The notes below the pieces were generated by a model that saw only the letters and a program-made list of their open reading frames with translations, did no database searches and had not been told where the DNA came from. Positions 56,661-64,000 of a DNA stretch of 64,000 bases are shown here, piece after piece (the stretch's first letter is position 1; the number at the start of each line of letters is the position of its first letter). The stretch is from Candidatus Uhrbacteria bacterium (lineage in GTDB: Bacteria; Patescibacteriota; Patescibacteriia; UBA9934), in contig CALRCK010000003.1 of assembly GCA_943354605.1 (NCBI GenBank), positions 85,609-149,608 on the forward strand. The letters are read 5' to 3'. Both the position numbers and the translations under genes were made by a program.

Positions 56661-58403
56661 TTACACCGGCAACTTTCCTGCTTCAACTGCGCGATTTACG
56701 ATCTCGGACTGCGGAATAACGAGCGCGTCGTCGCTTCCGAAGACTTTCACTTGAATATCTCCCCCGTCGCGCTCCTTTGCGCCAACCACGATGGTCCATG
56801 GCACTTTGTTCATTGCGGCATCGCGAATCTTCTTCCCCACTTTCTCCGGCGCATCGTCCAGCATCACACGAATACCGGCGGATTCGAGACTCACTTTCAT
56901 CGCCTTCGCGGTGTCGATAAATTCATCGGCGACCGTCGCAATACGCACCTGCTCTGGTGCAAGCCACATGGGGAAAGCGCCAGCGAAGTGCTCGATCATC
57001 ACGCCAATGAATCGCTCCAGGGATCCAAGAATCGCGCGGTGAATCATCACCGGGCGCTGTTTCTCGTTCTCGGAATCCGTGTATTCAAGCTCGAACCGCT
57101 CTGGAAGATTAAAGTCGAGCTGAATCGTCGCCAACTGCCATTCGCGGCCAATCGCGTCTGTGGCAATAAAGTCGATCTTTGGTCCGTAGAACGCCGCCTC
57201 ACCAACACCGAGGAAGTAGTCCTGGTTCATGTCGGCAAGCAACTCTTTCAACGTTCCAACCGCCTTTTCCCAAACCTCTGCACCACCAAGATATGCTTCC
57301 GGCCTTGCAGGATCGTTCACCGAGAGCCGAGCCTTGAGCGGCATCTGGAATGCTTCGTAGAACTTTGTAATGATGTTCGCAATTGCACGAGCCTCGTCCT
57401 TCACTTGATCGAGCCGGCAGAACACGTGTGCGTCGTCCTGAGTGATCGATCGAACGCGCGACAATCCTTGAAGCTGGCCCGTGTTCTCGTCGCGATACAC
57501 GGTGGTCACCTCGCTATAACGAAGTGGCAAATCACGATAGCTTCGACCGCGTGAGGCGAAGATTTGCGTGTGATGCGGACAGTTCATGGGCTTGAGCACG
57601 AACGCATCGTCGGTCTTTTTGCTCGACACGTGGAAGATATCATCCGCAAACTTATCCCAGTGTCCGCTGGTCTTGTACAAATCGCTCTTCGCCATGTGCG
57701 GAATGTTCACCTTGGTGTATCCGTACGGCTTCATAAGCGCCCAGACGAATGCGACGAGTTGCTCGCGAAGCACAGTGCCGCGAGGCGTGAACAGCGGAAG
57801 TCCCGGACCAACAAGTGGAGAAAATGCGAAGAGATCGAGTTCAACACCGAGTTTCCGATGATCGCGTTTCTTTGCTTCTTCCAACATCGCGAGATATGCA
57901 TCGCGCTCTGCCTTTGTAGGAAATGCAATGCCGTAAATGCGGGTAAGCTGATCATTATGCTCGTCACCACGCCAATACGCACCAGCAAGCTTTGTCAGCG
58001 AGAAACATTCTGGGTCGAGTCCGGCGATTCCGTCGGCATGGCCACCCCGACAGAGATCGGAATAGCTTCCGGATGTGTAGAGCGTGAGCGTCTGTCCGTC
58101 GCCAGCAAACTCGTCGATGAGCTCAACTTTGTACTTGTTGTCTGCGAACATCGACCGTGCCTCATCGGCCGTCATCTCCTTCCGATCGAACCGGCTCCAA
58201 TCAGGCATCAGCTCGCGCATCTTCGCCTCAATCCTTGGAAGATCTTCTTCCGAGATTGGCGTGGAAAACGCGAAGTCGTAATAAAAGCCGTCGTCAATGG
58301 CCGGGCCGATCGTGCGCTTCGCATCGGGATAGAGCTCAAGCACTGCTGCGGCAAGCAAATGCGCCAACGAGTGACGGAGATGTTGAAGTTCTTCAGAATT
58401 CAT
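56661..58403 (-). CDS. thrS: Threonyl-tRNA synthetase (short form lacking N-terminal TGS domain)
   Basis: MNSEELQHLRHSLAHLLAAAVLELYPDAKRTIGPAIDDGFYYDF... plus class II motifs and anticodon-binding domain. 581 aa. Confidence 0.9.
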   Translation of the reverse strand: MNSEELQHLRHSLAHLLAAAVLELYPDAKRTIGPAIDDGFYYDFAFSTPISEEDLPRIEAKMRELMPDWSRFDRKEMTADEARSMFADNKYKVELIDEFAGDGQTLTLYTSGSYSDLCRGGHADGIAGLDPECFSLTKLAGAYWRGDEHNDQLTRIYGIAFPTKAERDAYLAMLEEAKKRDHRKLGVELDLFAFSPLVGPGLPLFTPRGTVLREQLVAFVWALMKPYGYTKVNIPHMAKSDLYKTSGHWDKFADDIFHVSSKKTDDAFVLKPMNCPHHTQIFASRGRSYRDLPLRYSEVTTVYRDENTGQLQGLSRVRSITQDDAHVFCRLDQVKDEARAIANIITKFYEAFQMPLKARLSVNDPARPEAYLGGAEVWEKAVGTLKELLADMNQDYFLGVGEAAFYGPKIDFIATDAIGREWQLATIQLDFNLPERFELEYTDSENEKQRPVMIHRAILGSLERFIGVMIEHFAGAFPMWLAPEQVRIATVADEFIDTAKAMKVSLESAGIRVMLDDAPEKVGKKIRDAAMNKVPWTIVVGAKERDGGDIQVKVFGSDDALVIPQSEIVNRAVEAGKLPV

Positions 58404-58461
58404 AAAAGAATAGGTCGTATGGGCCCCATTGGACCTATTTTTCAGCAAAAACGCAAGTGGA

Positions 58462-59625
58462 CTACTCGGTGATAACGATCTTGATGTGATCCTTCAACGT
58501 TGGCACGCGTTCAAGCCAGAAGGGGGTGAAGTTGACGGATGCGTCTTTCACCGCGTCAGATGCGCGAAGAAGCGTGAGGACTTCGTTTGGCGCACGGCCA
58601 ACAAAGCGATCCTTATTCAACACTGCAGAGTCTTCCGAAATAATCGCCTTGCCCTCAAGATACACGCCAAGGGTTGCAGCTCCCCTTTTTACGTCTGCGC
58701 TCTTGACGGACATCTGCACCGCGTCCGTTGAAACATTCTCTGCAGCGTAGCCCTCCGGAACGCGAGCGTAAAGCTGCGACAGTGCATACTTCTTTACCGC
58801 ATTCTGGTCGTAATACACCGCCGTCACCTCCATTGCGAGGGTAACGGTAAAACTTCCCACGTCAGCACCAACCGCAGCACTCGCACCTTGGGACGTGACG
58901 GTAGATGTGTACGATTCGCCAGTAAACACATTCCGATCCACATTCGCCGACATGGTGGTTTTTGCCTTTTCCAACAACGACGTTGAGACGGACGACACCG
59001 CGTCGTCGATATCCTTCTGCGTAAGGACACGCTTATACGAAACACCGCCTTTCATCGACTCCACGCTCACCGCGTAAATCGATTTCTGCATGGATTCTGG
59101 CAGTCCGGGAATGGTGAATTGCGTTGGACCAATCTCGCCGGAAAGCCCAGGCACGTCAGCATGAGCGATCACATCCACCTGACCTTTTGATGGTACGTTC
59201 ACCGCAGAATCGATACGGAATAGAATGCCGTCCTTCGACAACAACCGCGTGGTTGCAACAAGTGTCTGCGAAGCCGCAGATTCATTAATGATTGTAACGG
59301 TTCCACCCGCTTTTTCCTCTACCGCCGTTCCTCCGTCTGTTGGGAGCGTGATGATTTCCTGCGTATCAAATGATTGTTTCGAGACAATACCGCTCAACTC
59401 GCCGTCGTTCGCCGGATTCGCCACGGCCTGCACCTCCGTGTCCACCGAAATCACCCGGGGATTTGCAATAACGGTAATCGTTGCTCGGGAAATGGATAAA
59501 TAGAGCACCGCCAATAACAGGAAGAACGTCATGAACACAAATGCCACCGCAATCCGCTGATACACCTTCAGCGAACGCGAGAGTGGCTGTGCCCCGCGAG
59601 TTTCACGTGCCATATACAAAATCAT
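58462..59625 (-). CDS. Hypothetical single-pass membrane protein with large extracytoplasmic domain
   Basis: TM IAVAFVFMTFFLLLAVLYLSI followed by a ~340 aa domain. Confidence 0.45.
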   Translation of the reverse strand: MILYMARETRGAQPLSRSLKVYQRIAVAFVFMTFFLLLAVLYLSISRATITVIANPRVISVDTEVQAVANPANDGELSGIVSKQSFDTQEIITLPTDGGTAVEEKAGGTVTIINESAASQTLVATTRLLSKDGILFRIDSAVNVPSKGQVDVIAHADVPGLSGEIGPTQFTIPGLPESMQKSIYAVSVESMKGGVSYKRVLTQKDIDDAVSSVSTSLLEKAKTTMSANVDRNVFTGESYTSTVTSQGASAAVGADVGSFTVTLAMEVTAVYYDQNAVKKYALSQLYARVPEGYAAENVSTDAVQMSVKSADVKRGAATLGVYLEGKAIISEDSAVLNKDRFVGRAPNEVLTLLRASDAVKDASVNFTPFWLERVPTLKDHIKIVITE

Positions 59626-59657
59626 AACACAAAAATCATCGGGTGGCGCCGAGGACG

Positions 59658-60574
59658 AAAAGGGTCAGGTCGTTTATTGCTAGATTTCATGAGTTATACT
59701 CGGGAATATGACTCGACCTCTTCGCATCGAATTCCCTGGTGCTTTTTATCACGTCACTTCGCGTGGCAATAAGCGTCAAAATATCTTCACGAATCACGAA
59801 GATCGAAATACATTCGTTAATGTTCTCGCGAGAACCATCAAAACGTACAACTGGAAATGCTATGCATTTTGTTTAATGGATAACCACTACCACATTCTTC
59901 TTCAAACACCAAATGGAGATCTTTCCACGGGCATGCGAGATTTGAACGGAATATACACACAACTCTTCAATAAAAAACACCACACCACTGGACATATCTT
60001 CGAAGGCCGCTATAGAGCCTTCGTCATTGAACAAGGAGAATATTTCTGTGAAGTTTTACGCTATACCGTGCTCAATCCTCTCCGAGCGAACATGGTAAAA
60101 AGGCCAGACGATTGGCCATGGAGCAGCTACAGCGCCACGGCATACGGGAGAAAAATGTACCCATTCGTTGATCAAAAATTCGTATTACGACTCTTTTCCC
60201 GCACTGATGGACTTGCTCGAGAACGATATCGCGCCTTTGTGCAAGATGGAGTCGATAAGCGGTCACCATTTCTGAATGTTCGGCATGGAACACTTCTTGG
60301 ATCGGATCGGTTTGTGATGGAGATCTGGAACCAATATTCAGATACCGAAAAAGAGCCGGAGATAAATCTCGATGAACGAAGGCTTGCAAGACCAACGCTC
60401 AAAGAACTCTTTGAAGACACGAAAACAAAAGAAGAACGAAATATCGTCATCAATCTTGCGCGACTACGATGTGCATATTCGATCACTGATATTGCAAAAC
60501 ATTTGCAACTCAATAGAGCAACTATTAGTAATATATTGCGAAATCAAACCTCGCAATAAACGACCTGACCCCTT
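59658..60574 (+). mobile_element. IS200/RAYT-like element: Y1 (HUH) transposase gene bounded by 22-bp inverted repeats AAAGGGTCAGGTCGTTTATTGC
   Basis: Left repeat at 59658-59680 and its reverse complement at 60553-60574. A third solo copy is at 40743-40765. Confidence 0.65.
59708..60559 (+). CDS. IS200-like / REP-associated tyrosine (Y1, HUH) transposase with C-terminal extra domain
   Basis: FYHVTSRGNKRQNIF...AFCLMDNHYHILLQTPNGDLSTGMRDLNGIYTQ has the HuH motif (HYH) and a downstream catalytic Tyr region. An additional ~130 aa C-terminal domain is present (possible HTH). Confidence 0.75.
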   Translation: MTRPLRIEFPGAFYHVTSRGNKRQNIFTNHEDRNTFVNVLARTIKTYNWKCYAFCLMDNHYHILLQTPNGDLSTGMRDLNGIYTQLFNKKHHTTGHIFEGRYRAFVIEQGEYFCEVLRYTVLNPLRANMVKRPDDWPWSSYSATAYGRKMYPFVDQKFVLRLFSRTDGLARERYRAFVQDGVDKRSPFLNVRHGTLLGSDRFVMEIWNQYSDTEKEPEINLDERRLARPTLKELFEDTKTKEERNIVINLARLRCAYSITDIAKHLQLNRATISNILRNQTSQ

Positions 60575-60584
60575 TAGGGCCTCG

Positions 60585-63500
60585 TCAAACCTTCACATTC
60601 TCCTCCCCCACCACTTCCCCAACTTTTTTTACGACGTCCGACGACAGATCGACGGAATATTCGGTGCTCACTTTTCGCATTTCGCCCCCGGATTCTACCA
60701 AAAGGAATACGCGAGCACGGCCAGGATGGGCGCGGAAAATTTCACGAAGGCGCGCAATCATGTCGTGGGTTGGATTTTGCGGAACGGTAATCGACAATCC
60801 TTCACTGAGCGATCCTGCAGGTGCGGCAACCGGCGCCGGGGCCTCCATCGTCATCGGAATGTCGGACGCATTCGAATCTGTCCACCCGCCGCGCGCAAGC
60901 ATTCCTGTAAGCAATGGAATCTCTGGCTCCGTAAACGCAATCACGCCGTCGACGAGCACCGAATACTCCACTGTTTCCGATTCCTCGCGCTTCCGGTGCG
61001 ACACTTTCCCCATAATGAGCAACATCGCCTCTGGATTGAGCGACGCACGAGTCGTCACATAGGTTTTCGGGAACACTACAGATTCAATGCTTCCTGACGG
61101 ATCCTCAATGCGCACGAATGCCATGGGCTCGTTCTTCTTCTTGGTAAAAATCTGCTTGATATTACTCGCCACACCCGCAATCTTCACCATCGCACCGTCC
61201 TCAAACGTCGGAATTGCGCTCGCCTTTACGACATATGGCGAAAACTGATCGTAAAACAAACTCGCTGGGTGCGACGACACATACAATCCGAGCAGCTCTT
61301 TTTCCCACGTCAGGAGCAAGCCCGTAGGAATCTGCGGGACCGTTCGGAATTCAATCTTGTGCTCAACGATCGCTGGACCAACATCAAACAACGACGTTTG
61401 ATTTCGCGCCAATTCATGCTGCACGTGCTTGTTATAGAGGACAAGCGTATCGAGGTTCCCCACAAGTTGTGAGCGATCACCAAACCGATCCAACGCACCA
61501 GCCTTCGTCAGCGCTTCAAGCGTTTTCCGGTTAAACGCACTCGTCTTTACGCGGCCCAACACGTCGGCCAAATCCTTATACGGCCCGCCACGCTTTCGTT
61601 CACGCACAATCTCTTCGGCGACCTCTTGTCCAACGTTTTTAATTGCGGACAGTCCCCAGCGCACGTTCTTCGTATCCTTCACCACCGCAAAACCCGCAAA
61701 CGATTCGTTAATGTCTGGCGCAAGCACCGTGAGCCCCATGCGGCGGCACTCCTCAACTTCAATGGTGATGCGATCGATAATTCCCGAATCAGAATTCATC
61801 AGCGCAGCCATAAACTCCCCGGGATAATGCGCCTTCAAGTACGCGGTACGATACGCAATCATCGCATAACACGCCGCGTGAGACTTGTTGAATCCGTACG
61901 CCGCAAAATCCTCCAGCTTCTGGAACACTTTCATGGCGACATCGGGCTTCACGCCATTTTTGACGGAGCCGTCCACGAACTTCACCTTCATCTTTTCCAT
62001 CAACTCCGCTATCTTCTTTCCCATGGCCTTACGCAGCGTGTCAGCTTCGCCTCCGGTAAAGCCCGCCATGTCTTTTGCGACTTGCATGACCTGCTCCTGA
62101 TACACCGGAATACCGTACGTTTCGCGGAACGAGTTTTCCATGAGCGGATGTTCGTACACCACTTTTTCCGTTCCGTGCTTTCGGCGAATAAAACTTTCAA
62201 TAAATTGCATTGGCCCTGGGCGATATAAGGACACCATAGCGATAATGTCCTCGAACGCGCTTGGCTGAAGTTCCTTGATGTATCGCTTCATGCCGTCGGA
62301 TTCCAACTGGAACACGCCGGTGGTATCACCGCGACCGAGCAATGCAAATGTGAGCGCGTCGTCCAATGGCGCGTTGTCCAAATCAACCACCACGCCATGC
62401 ACGGCGCGAATAATATCGAGCGCGTCTTCAATAACGGTTAAGTTACTCAGTCCAAGGAAATCCATCTTCACGAGTCCAACTGCTTCCGCAGAGTTCAGTG
62501 AGTACTGCGTAATAAGCGCCATGTCTTCTTTTTGTCCTTGCTGGAGCGGAACACGCTGCACCAACGGCCTGTCGCCAATCACAATGCCGCACGCGTGCTG
62601 CGATGCATGACGAGGATTGCCCTCGATCTTCATCGCGAGGTCAATCACGCGCCGCGCCATCGGGTTGCCGTTGTACATCTGCTGCAAGTCTGGCGTTTCC
62701 ACGATCGCCACCTTGAGCGGCGTGTGCTTTCCTTGAATTGGCGGCGGAACCACCTTGGCAATCACATCGGCTTCTTGAAACGACAACCCAAGCACACGAG
62801 CCGCGTCGCGAACGGCAGCGCGCGGCATGAGTGTTCCGAATGTCACAATGCCTGCAACATGGTCCGCTCCGTACCGTTGGGTTACGTACTCCAACACTTT
62901 TCCGCGACCGCGATCCGCAAAGTCCGTATCAATATCCGGCATGGACACGCGATCTGGATTGAGGAATCGCTCAAAGAGGAGGTTGTAGCGCAACGGCTCG
63001 ATGTCGGTGATACGAAGCGCGTATGCAACAATACTTCCGGCCGCAGACCCACGCCCCGGCCCCACCAACACACCGTTGTCCTTTGCCCACGTAATGTAAT
63101 CTTGCACAATTAAGAAGTACGACGAAAACCCCATCTTCACGATAGTTGCGTATTCAAACTCGAATCGCTCCATCACGTTTAGCGGAATAGGATCCGCGTA
63201 CCGATCTTTCAATCCCTGAATACACAACTCTCGCATCACGTCGTTATCCGTTTTTCCTTCTGGCAGCGGATAAATCGGCAAAAAGTTCTTTCCAAGCTCC
63301 ATGGTGTAATTGACACGGTCGGCAACACGGCGCGTGTTCTCGAGCGCTTCTGGAACATCGGCAAACGCCGCCATGATTTCCTCGGGAGTTCCGAACGAAA
63401 GATCAACATCGTCCGTTGATGTACGACGAAAATCCTCGAGCGTGCGGCTTCGTTGAATGCACAGCTGCGCCTCGTAGCCTTCACGATCGTCCGGATTCAA

Positions 63501-64000
63501 GTAGAACACGTTCTTCGTGGCGATCAGCGGAACACCAAGCTTTACCGAAAGCGCTCGGAATGCATCGTTAATATCCACCTGCCGCGGCATGTCTGGGTGA
63601 TGGATGAGTTCGAGGAAAAAATTCTCGGCACCAAAAATATCTTGATACTCACGGATCAGCTTCTCGGCTTTTTCATGCTCCCCGCCAAGATACGCATGAG
63701 CAATTTCGCCACTAACGCTTCCCGACAACGCAATAAGCCCCTTCGAGTGCGTTCTCAAAAACGCCTTATCGACACGCGGCTTGTAATAGAAACCTTCCAA
63801 GAATGCCGCCGAAACGATCGCGAGCAAGTTTCGATACCCCTCCTCGTTCTCCACGATGAGGACGAGGCGGTACGGACGATCATCGAGTCGTGGCCTGCGA
63901 TCCGTCATGCCATGCTGGGCAACGTAAATATCGGCGCCGATAATCGGCTTGATTTCCGCCTCCTTACACGCCTTATAAAACTCCACCGCGCCGTACAGGT
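60585..64000 (-). CDS. dnaE: DNA polymerase III alpha subunit (5' end beyond window)
   Basis: The in-frame sequence upstream of the listed start reads LYGAVEFYKACKEAEIKPIIG (PHP domain), so the true N-terminus lies past 64000. Polymerase core, beta-binding and OB regions are present. Confidence 0.9.
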   Translation of the reverse strand, partial: LYGAVEFYKACKEAEIKPIIGADIYVAQHGMTDRRPRLDDRPYRLVLIVENEEGYRNLLAIVSAAFLEGFYYKPRVDKAFLRTHSKGLIALSGSVSGEIAHAYLGGEHEKAEKLIREYQDIFGAENFFLELIHHPDMPRQVDINDAFRALSVKLGVPLIATKNVFYLNPDDREGYEAQLCIQRSRTLEDFRRTSTDDVDLSFGTPEEIMAAFADVPEALENTRRVADRVNYTMELGKNFLPIYPLPEGKTDNDVMRELCIQGLKDRYADPIPLNVMERFEFEYATIVKMGFSSYFLIVQDYITWAKDNGVLVGPGRGSAAGSIVAYALRITDIEPLRYNLLFERFLNPDRVSMPDIDTDFADRGRGKVLEYVTQRYGADHVAGIVTFGTLMPRAAVRDAARVLGLSFQEADVIAKVVPPPIQGKHTPLKVAIVETPDLQQMYNGNPMARRVIDLAMKIEGNPRHASQHACGIVIGDRPLVQRVPLQQGQKEDMALITQYSLNSAEAVGLVKMDFLGLSNLTVIEDALDIIRAVHGVVVDLDNAPLDDALTFALLGRGDTTGVFQLESDGMKRYIKELQPSAFEDIIAMVSLYRPGPMQFIESFIRRKHGTEKVVYEHPLMENSFRETYGIPVYQEQVMQVAKDMAGFTGGEADTLRKAMGKKIAELMEKMKVKFVDGSVKNGVKPDVAMKVFQKLEDFAAYGFNKSHAACYAMIAYRTAYLKAHYPGEFMAALMNSDSGIIDRITIEVEECRRMGLTVLAPDINESFAGFAVVKDTKNVRWGLSAIKNVGQEVAEEIVRERKRGGPYKDLADVLGRVKTSAFNRKTLEALTKAGALDRFGDRSQLVGNLDTLVLYNKHVQHELARNQTSLFDVGPAIVEHKIEFRTVPQIPTGLLLTWEKELLGLYVSSHPASLFYDQFSPYVVKASAIPTFEDGAMVKIAGVASNIKQIFTKKKNEPMAFVRIEDPSGSIESVVFPKTYVTTRASLNPEAMLLIMGKVSHRKREESETVEYSVLVDGVIAFTEPEIPLLTGMLARGGWTDSNASDIPMTMEAPAPVAAPAGSLSEGLSITVPQNPTHDMIARLREIFRAHPGRARVFLLVESGGEMRKVSTEYSVDLSSDVVKKVGEVVGEENVKV

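Overview
This 64 kb window is from a compact, gene-dense bacterial chromosome, about 52-55% GC overall with several islands near 65% GC. Most of it is housekeeping genes: ribosomal proteins (rplJ-rplL, secE-nusG-rplK-rplA, rpsB-tsf, rpmE, rplY), lower glycolysis (gap, pgk, eno), ndh with two doxX paralogs, prfA-prmC, queA, metK, gyrB, thrS, gatB, miaA, xseAB, a lexA-dinB pair, a thymidylate/dNTP cluster (cytidylyltransferase-like, dCMP deaminase-like, HIT, fused DHFR-like/ThyA, dut), ftsW, and a partial dnaE at the 3' end. A truncated TsaB, ThrRS without a TGS domain and Lys/Ala-rich tails on S2 and L31 hint at a reduced-genome lineage, possibly CPR/Patescibacteria-like, though this is not provable from sequence alone. 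The accessory layer is unusually rich. (1) A family of about seven nested-palindromic REP/MITE-like elements with GTCAT...ATGAC termini sits in intergenic spacers and generates spurious ORFs. (2) A second conserved ~110 bp hairpin element sits in sense orientation just upstream of rpsB, gyrB, doxX and a GGDEF gene, with compensatory stem changes between copies. (3) An IS200/RAYT-like Y1 transposase with an extra C-terminal domain is bounded by 22 bp inverted repeats, with a solo copy after gyrB. (4) An AT-rich cassette encoding a four-helix-bundle (Avd / 23S-IVS family) protein, bounded by 15 bp inverted repeats, is inserted between lexA and dinB. (5) Scattered high-GC, GC3-biased small genes, each with its own SD and terminator, suggest horizontal acquisition or compositional mosaicism. 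There is also a ~3 kb gene for a tandem-repeat surface protein with about ten Ig-like repeats. No CRISPR array, rRNA or clear defence operon was found. One tRNA-like gene has a non-canonical anticodon arm.
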